64,000 bases of DNA from Flaccisagitta enflata. Taxonomy: Eukaryota. Position numbers and translations under genes: made by a program. Positions 1 through 13,571 of the stretch are shown in pieces. Below the pieces are notes generated by a model that was not told the origin of the DNA, searched no databases, and worked only from the letters and a program-made list of their open reading frames with translations. The stretch spans positions 1,054,001-1,118,000 of the forward strand of contig OZ231126.1 of NCBI GenBank assembly GCA_965153355.1, read 5' to 3'. Within the stretch, counting starts at the first letter, position 1; each line of letters opens with the position of its first letter.

Positions 1-321
1 CGACCCGAAAACCTTAACGACACTCGGCAAATACACGCAAAACAACGTCAAAATGCCGAACCGGAAAAGCGTATCGGCATCCGGTTCAGTTGAGGGACTC
101 AAAGCGGCTTCAGGGGCGACGGCGGCATCAAGAGCGGCTTTGGGGGTTGGAGAGGAAGTGAGGACTGAAGCTGAGTTGAGAGTTGTAAATGAGGTAGAAC
201 TGTTGAGGGATACTAGGCTCGAGTTGGGAACCGGAGGCATGACGTCGAAAAATGAAGAAGAAGGTGAAGAAGAATTGGCGAAGACGACGACATCTTCGTG
301 GGACAAATACAGAATAGCCAC
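1..321 (-). CDS. XK-related (XKR)-like membrane protein, coding exon 2 (runs off the window)
   Basis: Minus-strand acceptor ttttcttatag|GTG at 321. Stop-free frame VAILYLSHED...(S/T/P-rich)...LFRFGILTLFCVYLPSVVKVFGS. Joined to the 980-1093 exon it gives VDIGTDFRVAILYL...FGILTLFCVYLPS, resembling XKR TM1-TM2. Confidence 0.65.
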   Translation of the reverse strand, partial: MAILYLSHEDVVVFANSSSPSSSFFDVMPPVPNSSLVSLNSSTSFTTLNSASVLTSSPTPKAALDAAVAPEAALSPSTEPDADTLFRFGILTLFCVYLPSVVKVFGS

Positions 322-574
322 CTATAAGAAAATTGAAAATTTCTCTAAGGTTGTGCGTTGGTACCTCGTTTTATCGCATGCTTGCCAATTAAACAAGACT
401 CGATCCTCTATCATCGGTAGTATCAAAGCTCATGTACCTAAGTTAACAATGGCTATGATGCATTTTCAGAATAAGGCATTTTTGGCGCCGCTCGGCCTGG
501 CCAACTGTCGCGAGTAACGGCAATTATTTTCATTAAAGACAAACGGCCCGAATATCAAAACAGTGTTAATAGGG

Positions 575-845
575 CTTTAGGGCTGGGGTCCCAGCCTCAA
601 GGCTTGAATCTGGGCCTGGAGGCTGAGATTGGAGCCTCAAGGCTAGGATTGGAGCGTCAATGCTGGGATTGGAGCCTCAAGGCTGCAATTTGAACGTCAA
701 GGCTGGAATTGGAGCCTTAAGGCTAGGATAGGGGCCTTGAGGCTAGGATTGAGCCTTCGAGGCTTGGTTTGGAGCCTTGAGGCTGGGATCAAAGCCAGGG
801 GGGATAGAGAGGGAGAAAGAAAAAATATCCCACATGTGTAAAAGT
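575..845. mobile_element. HINE/Helentron-like fragment with internal ~21-bp tandem repeats
   Basis: Degenerate ggctgggattggagcctcaa-type units ending in cccacatgtgtaaaag, similar to the element at 53180-53360. Confidence 0.5.
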
Positions 846-979
846 ATATGTATATGGACATCCTATGAAAATTTGCCGTCTTAAAGAGTCGAATAAAATG
901 TGTAAATGAGACCCGAATGGTTTTCAGCTGTTCAACTCAAAGAGAAAAATCATGACCGACGTAATTGACATTTACTTAC

Positions 980-1093
980 TCTGAAATCAGTGCCGATGTC
1001 AACCATCATCATGACGACGCTGAACATTTTCCGGAAAATGAAAAACAGAAACATGTACTCAATTTGATTCTTCATTTTGAATGCAAACAGCAT
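980..1093 (-). CDS. XK-related-like protein, upstream coding exon
   Basis: Reads MLFAFKMKNQIEYMFLFFIFRKMFSVVMMMVDIGTDFR, then a perfect GTAAGT donor (979-974). Phase 0 matches exon 1-321. Exact start is uncertain (several ATGs, or an acceptor near 1112). Confidence 0.65.
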
Positions 1094-1226
1094 GTTGGGC
1101 AAAGAAAAAAACTAGGTTATAGTTATGGTATCAAACCTAGGTTACCGCGATAAAGGAACGGAATTCATTTGTTTGTCTTCGAATTTTGAGATGGAATTAA
1201 GATGGAACGAATTTTAAGTTGACGAC

Positions 1227-1312
<86 letters not shown>

Positions 1313-1563
1313 AGGTCCAGGTCATCGAATTTAAATAACTCATGCACACTACTCATTATTCTTTGCTTTCCTCAACACTTCCTCTAATCTGGGATCTGAC
1401 ATGAAATTAAGTTTTCTCTACCCGGAGAACATGTAAATGAGATTCGGTAATGGATCAACTTTCGATTGACACTCATATGCTTGATTGGTTGATTGATTGA
1501 TAGATTGAATGATTGATTGGTGGATTGGTTGATTGATCGGTTGATTAATTTTTTCATTGATTG

Positions 1564-1596
<33 letters not shown>

Positions 1597-1699
1597 CTAA
1601 GAGTCAGTTAATAATCGATGAATTGTGGATCAATTTACGTGGAATATTCCTCGTCATTCCCATACGTCACATAAATAATAAAGTTGTATTCTAATTATA

Positions 1700-3082
1700 C
1701 AGTGCGATGGGAGCAAAGACGACCTAAACTGGAGGATAGATTTTAAGTATCTTTGTTTTATTTAATGTATAAAAAAATTAAGATCTGTGCTGATCAGGGG
1801 TGTATAAAGTTGATTATTCCCCTTCCCCCCCGCCGGTAGGGGGGGGGGAATAAAATCAAAAGGTTTGGAGATGGGGAAGAAAATCAAAAGTTTGAAAAAA
1901 AAAAATTTTTGAAGATCTAACACTTTTGGTAGTACCAAAAGGTAAAATACAATTACTACAACTTAATTTACCACTATTTAAACCTAAAATATATATTTTA
2001 TAACTTTTAGGGAAAAAAACAAAAAGATTTTGTAACATGACACGACGCATCACGGGGAAGAAAATGCAGGGAATAAAATCAAAAGCTGCTCCAGCTTTAC
2101 ATACACCCCTGGTGCTGATTAAAAGTTAACTGTTGCTTGATATATTAGCTTCTCTTAATTCTTCAGCTAGTGTTTTAGCATTAGCGGGGACTTCGTTTTC
2201 AATGTTGAAAGCCTCATTTCCATCGGATGAGGCAGAAAATTGTACAGTGATAAGTCTGGAGCTTTAGAAATAAGAGGCCCTCGCATATCTTTAATACATT
2301 TATATAGCCCAAATGACTTTGTGTGTGTATAATCTTTATGACGCGGAAGAGGACGATGATGGGTATGGCAGGCTCTGTGGATGGGCTACTCTTGAAAATA
2401 AATAAATCAAATTCTTGTTTTCATCGAAACTAGAAGTTGGTGCAGTAGTTGAAAACTCAGCGGCAGTTTATCAATTATGGCTTTCGTTTAAAGGTTCAGA
2501 GTTGATTCTACACAGCTGGTTTGCTATTCAACGAAAATAGATAAAGCTAAATTAAAATCAGTTATTCCTCTCAGTTTATACTAAAAGTTTTTTTCCTAAG
2601 GTAAGCCGTAGGGGGATACTATACCCCATCGTCAACCCTTTAGGGTTTACACATTACACCTGCAAAATATCAGCCCCCTCACTTTACTAATACTCAGGTT
2701 ATGAGCTCACCCGTATTTCTAAGTCTAGACGACATCTACTGTATATAATATAGAAAAAAAATCAGCTCAATCAAACTATTTCAACAGGTTTTAGGCCTGT
2801 TCTAAGTTTTGTCTTGACATTGATTTACATAATTGTTCTTTTTGAAAAATAGCTGTAAAACCCGTTGACAGTCTGATTGAACTGATTTTTTTTGAAATAA
2901 TATAAATTTTTTAGCCCGATCTGATGGGTTAGGTTAGAATATTTAAAAATGAAGTCATGATAAAGTCAAATCACAAGTTGAGGAATGAGAAAGACTAACA
3001 TATTCAAGCAATAAAGCAATTCATAATTAATATAAATCTCAATTTTATCTCAATCTAGGTCGTCTTTGCTCCCATCGTACAG
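1700..3082. mobile_element. Tc1/mariner-type non-autonomous element
   Basis: TIRs cagtgcgatgggagcaaagacgaccta / taggtcgtctttgctcccatcgtacag, with TA on both sides. Confidence 0.75.
1795..2111. mobile_element. hAT-type MITE nested in the 1700-3082 element
   Basis: TIR caggggtgtat / atacacccctg; perfect 8-bp TSD GTGCTGAT at 1787-1794 and 2112-2119. Confidence 0.85.
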
Positions 3083-3239
3083 TACATCATCGTTTTTCCG
3101 CGAGTTTTGCGTAAAAAGCGATGACGTGGCCTTTCTTGACTGTAATCTGCGGCTGCAGATTGCGGCTGAAGCTGCCGCCTGTAATCTTAACATTCTCTAC
3201 TTTTACTCATTGCGAAGAAAATTAACTCAAAAATGAGCA

Positions 3240-3274
<35 letters not shown>

Positions 3275-3409
3275 AAGACAGAGACAGAGACAGAGACTGA
3301 GTCAGTGCCAGAAACAGGAATAGAGATCGAGCCTGACAGTGAAAGACTGACACACCGACAGACAGACGGACATGAGGGCTAGGGAACTAGGGAAGCAAGA
3401 CAGAAAGGA

Positions 3410-3464
<55 letters not shown>

Positions 3465-4132
3465 TCTGAACTCAGAAAACCATGTTTTTGTTTTGGGCAG
3501 GCAGGGTCGAATAAGAAGAAGAAGAAGAAGAAGAAGGAGGGGAAGAAGGAGGGGTAGAAGAACAAGAAGGAAAAGAAGAAGAAAAAAATGAAGAAGAAGA
3601 AGAAGAAGAAGAAGAAGAAGAAGAAGAAGAAGAAGAAGAAGAAGAAGAAGAAGAAGAAGAAGAAGATGCGGCAGCAGCAAAAGTACTCCAGCGTTCGATT
3701 GATGATGAGGAAAGGCCGGGTTGAAATCCACGAATTACATTAAAATTGACGCGTCTACATTTGAAATCGTGTCACATAAAGACGGATTGAAAAAAGACAT
3801 TTAAAATCAAAATAAGATCCTAAACTTCTTTCATTCTTGCCACGAATTAGATCAAATCGACTTGTGTACGTGTGACTCGCCGCGAAACTTATTCAAATTG
3901 AATACTTGCTTGTATCAAAATTGATCTAGGATTTATACATCGAAAAAAAAATAGCCGTCATTCATTTTGAAAATAAAACGAAATAAAAGTTTCAATTTCT
4001 TTCTCGGGGACTTGGAGAAAGAATCTTATTCATTACATCGACACATCTTTTCATTCATGAGAATAGACATCTAGAAAACGTCTCAACTCCTTATTCCGTC
4101 CAAAACAATAAAAAACTAGGTCTAATCTCAAA

Positions 4133-4279
4133 ATGAATCGTCTTTCGATAATCGCCTTCATCGCGTTGACTTTGTTCCTTGCAACGGGTCGTCAATCCGG
4201 AGTCGACGGGCTCTTCTTTGGAAGCGACGCCAAAGAAGAGGAAGATGAAGGAGAACCACCGGAAGAAGCGCACGACTTG
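4133..4279 (+). CDS. CREC-family (calumenin/reticulocalbin-like) protein, exon 1 with signal peptide
   Basis: MNRLSIIAFIALTLFLATG hydrophobic leader followed by an acidic segment; donor GTGAGA at 4280, phase 0. Confidence 0.85.
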
Positions 4280-4362
4280 GTGAGAGAGAGAGTTGGGGCA
4301 CATTGTTTGTTGATCAAGAGAATCCTACTGATTGATTATTTGATTGATTGATTGATTGATTT

Positions 4363-4452
<90 letters not shown>

Positions 4453-4520
4453 AGATTATTGGTTGATTGATTGGCTGATCGATCAATTCAATAATATATT
4501 GATTGATTTATTGATTGGTA

Positions 4521-6074
4521 CAACGCACTGAAATTTTCTCAGTAAGAATTCACCCGGAGGACAAAGTTATCACTCCCTTAACCATTTTCGCTTTGATCCA
4601 TTCTCAATGTATTTCGCATGTTTTTTCAGCTTTAAAGTAAAGGATTTGAGATTAAAACAGGCATATGCAAGTTTTTAGTTTAGGGTATGGTTTCTTCACA
4701 ACATTGCCTTTGGTAACCACATTATCTTTTGATAATTCACTTATCCTTTGGTAATTTGTTTGGCTTAAATTGGATGGTGCCTTTGATAAATTTTAGAGTT
4801 TGGGGTTGACTCAGAGTAACTTGATGGATTTGTCTCAATTGGTGGGAAGGATCTTGATTTAAGGTTATGGGTGTTATGAGCATTTTACAATGGGAAGATC
4901 AGATGGCTGTGAGGAGCTTGGGGCGTTTGACACACTCATCTGGTACTCTTTCTTGTCACTTGCACATCTCACAAATAGCTGACAATTATAGATTTTTCTT
5001 GCTGTTGATTTGTATCTGTTGAGCCGCTTTGTGGTAAGGTTTGAAGTGGATTTTGATAATTCTCCTGTCTGAGCATTAGTCTATTGGTTATGTCAGTGAT
5101 CTGACATTTGGCAATCCTATGTGTTTCGGCCATTGAGAAATGGTAATGGGTAATTTAATAATGGCGGCTGTCGCCGTGAGGAAAAAAGTCGTAAGCATTT
5201 CACCAGGCTTTCGCCTGACCAAGTTTTTGTTTTCAGTCTTTGCAATTTTTTTTATTTGTTAGATCGAATCAAAAACAATTGTATGTATTGAATTACACAC
5301 AGAAATCAGAGAAAATGGACAGGTAATAGGCTGAATTAGCTAAATATCAAATGCTCTTGAATAATCAACTATATACACTTCAGCAGCATGCTTTCAGATA
5401 TTTTTGTATATCATTAACTTATTTATTGTCAGCAAAATAAAAAAATGACCAATAAGCTAAGTAGAGGCTAAATAGCAAAAACACAGATGACAGTTATAAC
5501 ACTGATAATATTACACATTATCTTGCTTTCTTAAAGCATATATCAAACACTATTATTGTGCATTTAAATAAAAAAAAGCAGAGCTAAATAATTTAATAAT
5601 TCAAATCCTCAAAAACACCTAAGTGGCAATATACTCTGCTTGTGTTTCTTGTATTTGTATCAAACAATATAATATCTTTTGCAGTCTAATATGCATGAAA
5701 AATTCAGTGGGTACACAATAAATCTTTACAAAATCTTAAAAATGTTGTAAGCCAGTATTCTGCTTGGCGCCAAATGAAGAGAATTATTAAATTACTATAT
5801 CATTCATTGAAGGCTTGTTAAACTCAGGTAGGAATTCCTGACTTTAAGCTAAGAAATGAAGACCCTGTTTCTCTCGAATATGTCAAAAAGTTGAAGACTG
5901 ACTTCGACTTTTTTCCCGATGAAGTAATGTTGTCCAACTCCATATATGCAAAATATGTATGTTGAGAGATTAATTGAAAACTTCATAGCAAAATTTTTTG
6001 TTAAATCTCCTCTTACAAAATTCATGATTTATTTGGCTTGGGTAGTAAATTCTATGGTAATTTTCAGTGCGTCG
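4521..6074. mobile_element. TA-flanked non-autonomous DNA transposon (composite)
   Basis: TIR caacgcactgaaa / tttcagtgcgtcg with TA flanks. Interior contains pieces related to 22007-22856. Confidence 0.55.
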
Positions 6075-6233
6075 TACGTTCACTGTTGTACATCAAAAGT
6101 ATACATCAAAATTCGGGGATTGATTCATTGATTTATTGCTACATTGATGGAGTGATTGGATGACGTAATGAAATATTGATCGATATATTGATTTAATGAG
6201 TGTCACATTTACTTTCACCATTCAATGATCCAG

Positions 6234-6336
6234 CCACATTTGGATCCGCATCCCGACGACAATTTAACGGTTGGCGCAGATGGGTTCGATCAAAAAGCGT
6301 TTTTGGGCTCTGAAGAAGAGGCACAGCTTTTATCGG
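6234..6336 (+). CDS. CREC-family protein, exon 2
   Basis: ccag|PHLDPHPDD...GFDQKAFLGSEEEAQLLS, matching the CREC 'DHEAFLG-EEA' motif; donor GTATGT, phase 1. Confidence 0.9.
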
Positions 6337-6594
6337 GTATGTACATTGTACAGTGTACACCTTGTTCAATGATTGACACGTCAGATGTTATGTCGGATAT
6401 CGTGCGTCAGTCATGATCTGTCACTTCTGTGATGTCCCATCTCTCGTAACAAGTAATGGCGCATCAGTAGTAATTCGTTGATGTTGACAAATCGGTGTTA
6501 ACAGTACAGTGATGTAGCTTAATTGATGACACATGTTTGATGACACGCATTGTCTGCGTGTCAATGATAATGTGTCACTGATGCAGTGACACTG

Positions 6595-6745
6595 ATGAAG
6601 CGACACTGATGACGTGTCACTGATGACGTGTCACTGATGATGTGTCACTGATGACGTGCCACTGATGACGTGTCATTGATGACGTGTCACTGATGACATG
6701 TTACTGATGACGTGCCACTGATGACGTGTCAGTGTGTCACTGTCG
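6595..6745. repeat. 14-bp minisatellite (cactgatgacgtgt)n
   Basis: About 10 near-identical units visible. Confidence 0.9.
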
Positions 6746-6902
6746 CTCTCGCCGACCGGAAAAAAATCATAAATGGGAGTCTTTTTTTTCTGTGCATGTT
6801 TTTCTGTGTGTGCATCTCATGATCATGATCTGCTTGTCTGTTTTTGTTATTCAATCTCTGTCTCTCTGTATCTCTTTTTCCTCTTAGGCTTTAAGCGTGT
6901 GG

Positions 6903-6977
<75 letters not shown>

Positions 6978-7022
6978 TCTCTCTCTATCTCTCTCTCACT
7001 CACTCACTCACTCACTCACTCA

Positions 7023-7141
<119 letters not shown>

Positions 7142-8061
7142 AATCAAAATGAAATATCAAAGCTAGCGTCATAAAAGTTGGAGTCAATTTGCTTAACATC
7201 TTTACTCTTCTCTCTGGAAACATAAGGCCGAAAATTGGGTTCAATATAAAATATCGATTTTTGCAAAAATGCGAAAATATAAAAAAAGATTCAAAAATTC
7301 ATTACGCCAAAAGTAATGATTGTAGAGACTTCTGGTTGGCGCCATTTGAAAGAGGCAGGCCGGATACCGGCTGCAGTCGCGTGCGGGTGACAGAGCTATG
7401 GCGATGCCCAGATCATTGGTGAGCAGTGCCGTCAAAGTAAATCATGAAAAAGTAAAGTTTGACGACCGATAACGACGCAGTAACAGACCGGCGGGTTGTA
7501 AAGTCGCGTACACGCGACTAAGTGGCTCTTTCCTACCGTGAATATCAAGCGAGGTGGCGGATACCACAGCTACCTAGTCACGTGCGGTGGGCAGGGGCTA
7601 TAATTGGTCACCAGATCATTTGAAGCCGAGGAGCAGTGGCCAAAAATCACAAAGGCCAAAAAAAAGTAAAGTGTGATGGACGGACCCAATGGGATGGACG
7701 GACGGGCGGACCAACCGGCGGGCCAGGACCAGGCGGACCGAAAAAGCAGGGTGTAGAGTCGATAGCACACAACTAAAAATGTATACTCCCAGCCCAAAAA
7801 ATACCCAACTTTCTAAAATTGCCTCAAACTAAAAATGGAAAACTTTATTTCTCCCCTATGTTTCAAAAAGTCGAATTACGTAATTCGACTTTTTTCCAAT
7901 AAGTGTTCGCATTTTGTTCAAATAGGCACTCATTTCAATTTTCCCACCACCAAAAAGTCAATGTCTTATTCATTCTTTCTCTCCTTCCCTACCTTTTCTC
8001 TTTCTTTCTATCTTTCTTTTTCTCTTTCTTGTTTCTTTCTCCTTGTCTTTCTTTCTCCTTG

Positions 8062-8092
<31 letters not shown>

Positions 8093-8142
8093 CTCTTTCT
8101 TTCTTTCTTTCTTTCTTTCTTTTTTTCTTTCTTTCTTTTTTT

Positions 8143-8210
<68 letters not shown>

Positions 8211-8342
8211 TTCTTTCTTTCTTTCTTTTCTTTCTGTTTTCTGTCTTTCTCTCTGCCTTTAAAAAGTGAAAAGTAATAAATATGAAAAAAATGACAAATG
8301 AAATGAATAGAATATAATAAAATATCGCGATCCACAGTATTG

Positions 8343-8439
<97 letters not shown>

Positions 8440-8666
8440 TGTGTGTTTGTGTGTGTGCGTGCGTGCGTGCGTGTGTGTGTGTGTGTGCGCGGACTGTGGA
8501 AGGGGTTTGTTTGCCCCTGACCACCCGTCCCCGACGACAGTGTTACAGTAAGTTACTTGTTTTTTTCTTTCAATGTCAATGTCTCATTTATTCTTTTTTC
8601 CTTCCCTACCTTTTTGTTTCTTTCTTTCTCTCTTTCTTTCTTTCTTTCTTTCTTTCTTTGTTTGTT

Positions 8667-8718
<52 letters not shown>

Positions 8719-8738
8719 TGTTTCTTTCTTTGTTTGTT

Positions 8739-8791
<53 letters not shown>

Positions 8792-8810
8792 TTTTCTTTT
8801 TTTCTTTTTT

Positions 8811-8859
<49 letters not shown>

Positions 8860-8982
8860 GAAACATTCATTCATTCATTCATTCATTCACTCATTAATTC
8901 ATTCAGTCATTCATTCATTCATTTATCCATTCATTCTATGTGTTTTTCTTCCCGAGGACTTGACTGAATCCCGACGTAGTGG

Positions 8983-9182
8983 AACAAGGCCGGATACACG
9001 GCTACCCTAGTCGCGTGCGGGTGGGCAGGAGCAGTTTGGTGCTGAGAGATACTATTGCGCCTGTTAAAGGCTATGCTCAAAAAAGCTCAAAAACATGAAA
9101 AAGTGAAGGGCCAACAAACCAACCGACCGACCAACCGACGGACCGACGCCAGCAGATATGAGTCGCGTAGCGCGACTAAAAA
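8983..9182 (-). mobile_element. Helentron/DINE-1-like HINE, family A
   Basis: aacaaggccggatacacggc hairpin, subTIR agtcgcgtgc, (ccga)n microsatellite, terminal palindrome agtcgcgtagcgcgact and an A-run. Related copies at ~7356-7520, 7555-7778, 17780-17968, 37723-37905 and ~38370-38572. Confidence 0.75.
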
Positions 9183-9214
9183 TGACGATTTTTGCTTTTT
9201 AGGCAAATAACTTT

Positions 9215-9735
9215 ATTGGGCAGCGGCTCCGAAAGAGTCGATGACCTATGCTTTAATTCACACATATGGAAAATTTTCTCCTTCTCTTTTGTACCCCCCC
9301 CCCCCCGCATCAAATTCTGCCAAGTTCTGCAAACTACAGTGGGACCCCGCCTCATCGGTCCCATTGGGACTGAAGATTTTTCACCTTTATCTCAGGATAA
9401 CCTTTAAAGAGAGGTGAAATCACATTAAAAACTTCTATTTGGGACCTCAAAATATTGACCTTTATTGATGGGGAACCTTTAAAAGCGAGGCTCTTATTGC
9501 GGGGTTCCACTGTATTGACAAATTCTGCCAAATTCTACGGAATTCTGTCAAACTCCCAAATAATGCCAATTTCTGCAAAATTCTGCAGACGGAGAAGAAA
9601 GAGAAAATTCCTCATATGTGTGAAAGCATAGATCATCGACCTCTTTGGGCAACTGGCCTGCACCCTCCTTCAATGTTAATCACAAGCTATTCCAACAGGG
9701 CAGGGCACCGCTGACCATCTAACGCTTTTGCGACT
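9215..9735 (+). mobile_element. HINE family C with nested Tigger-like MITE (9337-9512)
   Basis: gggcagcggctccgaaagagtcgatgacctatgc...gcatagatcatcgacc inverted ends plus the ccgctgaccatctaacgcttttgcgact tail. Inner element is TA-cagtgggaccccgc...gcggggttccactg-TA. Confidence 0.7.
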
Positions 9736-9753
9736 TTTCTCGTGTACATTCAG

Positions 9754-9871
9754 GTAAGGATCGTGAGGAGCAAGAAAAGTTGTTGCGAGCTTTGATCCCG
9801 AAGATGGACGAAGACGGCAACGGAGCCATCACGAAGACGGAGCTCACCAAATGGATCGCACACTCTGTCAA
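9754..9871 (+). CDS. CREC-family protein, exon 3 (EF-hand 1)
   Basis: cag|(G)KDREEQEKLLRALIPKMDEDGNGAITKTELTKWIAHSV; canonical EF loop DEDGNGAITKTE; donor GTGAGC, phase 2. Confidence 0.92.
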
Positions 9872-10156
9872 GTGAGCCTCTTATTCAGCAGAGTTGGCTT
9901 TTATTAACTAGAGCTAGGTTTTTAGATCCTTTGCCAACAGCACGCACTATCAACTATCATAATAAGAATACTCGCCCAGTTTTATGAAGCTGTCATTAGT
10001 TATGGTGACGCCCACGGCCCGCCAGCCTACCTTCTTCTCCATGTTGATACAGGGAATGCCCGAGATAAAAATTCATTCTGTGCATTTTACATGGGATACG
10101 AGGGGTGTGGCGGGCAGAACCAAAATTGATCGCAGCTGCTTAAAACTTGGCACATA

Positions 10157-12052
10157 ACTATGGCAAAAAAAAAGCGAACAGTTACTTCTTTTCCTTATAA
10201 ATCCTTTGAAAATTCACCCAGTGTGCTGAAATTTTTACTGGAGTTACTTTTTAGTATCATTAAGCATCGCTGAAAAAATCGATGTCCTGCTCTAAATAAT
10301 CTAGGAATTATAGATTTTCAATAGGTGCTTGTCCAATGACCAGAAATTCAACGTACACAAATAAGAATTTTCAAAGAATGAATAAACAAATTTAAACAAA
10401 CCGCACTAAATCTACTCCGATTTTGATGAAATTTGAAGTGGAAGTAGACCACAATGTTAGCAGGCTGTGGTAAGAATTTTATAACAAAACACCGATTATT
10501 TAAGCAGAAACAGCAAATTTTCCAAAACTGTTTTTTTGGGTTTGAGAATGAAGTTAATGAAGATGAAACCTGAAATATAAAGTGATGCTATGGCCATAGT
10601 TTTTAACCAATTATCATAATTTTTTAGCTGGTAACTTTTGCACATATGAGTAATCTCCAGTAAAATTTTTGTGAAGATGGAAGCATTTTTAGTCTCCCAA
10701 ATTGCAAAAATATTCTTACAGGTAGCTGAATATTTCTTATCCTGAGCAAGCTTACAATCAACCAATATATACCCCACTAGACTTTATCTGAGTAGAAGCG
10801 AATTTTGCCTTGTATTAGTAAAAAGCACCATCAGACTACAGTTCAAAAATCATAACAAAACTCCCAAAACTTTTTGCACAATGCTAATTTTACTAAAAAT
10901 GGAATTATTTTGATTTGGGATACACTTTTTTCTTTTTATAAGCACCTCGTTTATAAGCACGCCCAGCCTCAGATATTGAGAAAATTTAGGCACATTGCTA
11001 AGCACGCTCCAGGCTGAGATTTTCAATTCGAAAAAATTTTTTGGTGATTTTCCAAAAATATGCTAATTCTTATATATTTTTGGTTGGAATTTCACAAAAA
11101 CCAATAGAAATTTTGATAAAATTTGAAATCATCTATAATATCCATCTGTTATTATATTTAGGAGTTTTATACTATCTTCACAAAAAAAATCTTTCCTCCT
11201 TAAAACTACTATCAACTTTAGAAAAGGGGTGCTCCTAATTGAATAAAGCTATAACAATAGGTTTGGTCCCATTTGAAAGTGTTGTTTTTACTCATATGAG
11301 ACCAATCTGCGGTCAGTAGCTTTGTTAATCATGATTCATGATTCATGATTCGTGAAGCAGCACATTTTCAAAGTTGCTGCTTGTTTTGAGGTGGAAAGAT
11401 TTTATTTGTGAAGATAGTACTGATAGGAATAGTTAAATTTCTAATAACATTTAAGAATATTATTGCTTAGATACTATTGTTAATATGAATCTATTGCTAT
11501 AACAAAGGCCACCTTAAAAAAAAAAATGGCATGATAATAAATAACACCAAAAATCTAAAAAAATTCAAATCAAACCATGATTTTAATCTCATCCCATGGT
11601 TTTTATGAAAGTAGCACAACGTCAATGAAAGATACTGTATACTTTCTTATACAAAATACATTTATTACTGTATTCTATACCATACAATACTCTATGCATT
11701 ACTGTTTTCTATACTTAATAGGATAGTTACTTACTGATAAATGATAAGCACACATTTAAGCACATTTCAGCCTCAAAAATGAGATTTTACTAAGCACGCT
11801 CAGCCTCAGCCAAAAAAGGAGCGTGCTTATAAAACAAAAAAAGTGTAAATGTCATCTCTGGCAGTCAAAAAAAGAGGTGACTTCAGTAAAAACGTGATAA
11901 CGGCTAAAGTATTCAACGGATTTTGATGAAATTTTAACCAGACATAGTCCAAATCATGGTTATCATTCCCTGTAAATTTTATACAAATTGGTCAACATCT
12001 TCTTATGTTTTTGCTCTCTCAAAATTCGTTCGCTTTTTTATTTTGCCATAGT
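10157..12052. mobile_element. MITE family A, copy 1 (hosts family B and C insertions)
   Basis: TA-actatggcaaaa...ttttgccatagt-TA; homologous in reverse orientation to 14930-15897. Confidence 0.85.
10923..11845. mobile_element. MITE family B, copy 1 (inside family A; hosts MITE C at 11172-11417)
   Basis: TA-cacttttt...tataagcac / gtgcttataaaacaaaaaaagtg-TA. Inner element is TA-ctatcttcacaaa...tttgtgaagatag-TA. Confidence 0.85.
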
Positions 12053-12433
12053 TATACGTATTGATTGTGATGAATCATGATAGCCCTTGCTGTCGAGAAA
12101 CGAGCTGACAAGCTAGCCCTAGACATGGTTCATCCCACAATGTTATTCAGTTTGTTCATCATTAACTACTGCTCATCTACATAATCTTTTGTTTGACTAC
12201 CGTTTTCTCCGTTGCTGTCCATTCATTTTTCCTGTCCTGTCGTGTCAAAGTGATGCGGTCAATCGGTCATTTCTAATTTCATTGCGAGCAAAAGAAAAAC
12301 GTCAAAGAATAGTTCGAATTAAACTTTCATTGAAACGCAACACAGATATGAAGTATGTAAAACACATTTTCGAAAAAAAGCAAATTGATATCAAGGATTA
12401 AATTTCAAATTCAAATTTTCAATCCTCTCTCAG

Positions 12434-12523
12434 CACTTTGAAAAATCAAGAAGCGAAAAATCGATACAAGGAACACGATTATAACGAGGACGGAAAATTC
12501 GGCTGGAACGATCATCTTTACAG
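12434..12523 (+). CDS. CREC-family protein, exon 4 (EF-hand 2)
   Basis: ctctcag|TLKNQEAKNRYKEHDYNEDGKFGWNDHLY; phase 2 at both ends, matching the neighbouring exons. Confidence 0.88.
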
Positions 12524-12816
12524 GTTTTAAACTAATACATCAAAATTACCAAAAGCAAAAAAAAAAAAAAAAAAAAGCAAAAGTTTCATGAGAATCAACG
12601 TAATTAGTCATCGATAGGGGAATGGAAGCTTCTAAAGCAATTGAAAAGAAAAACACCTTGAAAGCACGTTTTGATTCCGCGAATGATAACACTTTCTGTA
12701 AATAGGAATGAAAAGATTAAAGAGACCAGATATTTGAAAACAGTATCTCTGTTGTTGGTGAAAATACATGATGAAGCGTGGTGCCATGTACATTGTAAAT
12801 TCCTTTTTCATGTTAG

Positions 12817-12894
12817 TGTTTTCGGGTTCGAACCGTCGGAAGAAGAGCTCAAAAAGGGAATTCCAGGCGCTGAAGACACCAAAGAAGAACACGA
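12817..12894 (+). CDS. CREC-family protein, exon 5
   Basis: gttag|VFGFEPSEEELKKGIPGAEDTKEEH; donor GTAAGT; phase 2 at both ends. Confidence 0.88.
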
Positions 12895-13189
12895 GTAAGT
12901 TTCAATGACATTCATTGTTTCCAAAACTAGATCAGACATGCACAAGCATGCATATTTTCGCGACGCGTACTATTTTTACAAACAAAAATCATTTACATCT
13001 GAAAACAAGCATCAATTTTGGAAGGGTGCCAATTCTAAATGAATAGGATGACCAGGTTGGTCCCAATTTTTATGATTTTAAAGAGTTGTTTTAACTCTTT
13101 CAAATGCGAAAAAAAGAAAGAAAGAAAGCAACAAAGCAAGCAAGCTAGCAAGCAAGCAAGGAAGCAAGCAGGAGCGAGAAAGAGAAAGA

Positions 13190-13229
<40 letters not shown>

Positions 13230-13231
13230 GA

Positions 13232-13287
<56 letters not shown>

Positions 13288-13315
13288 AAAAAAGAAAAAA
13301 AGAAAAAAAGAAAAA

Positions 13316-13375
<60 letters not shown>

Positions 13376-13397
13376 ATGAATGAATGAATGAATAGAA

Positions 13398-13465
<68 letters not shown>

Positions 13466-13571
13466 AAAAAAGATAGAGAGAAAGAAAATAAGAAAGAACG
13501 CATGTACATGCCTTTGTGATAAAAGGGTCGACAAAAAACAATCGCCGATGGACATGGAAAGGCCTCGCCTA

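Noticed and set aside
53-517. 154-aa plus-strand ORF
   Set aside because: It is the antisense shadow of the minus-strand exon 1-321, which has proper splice sites and a recognisable motif.
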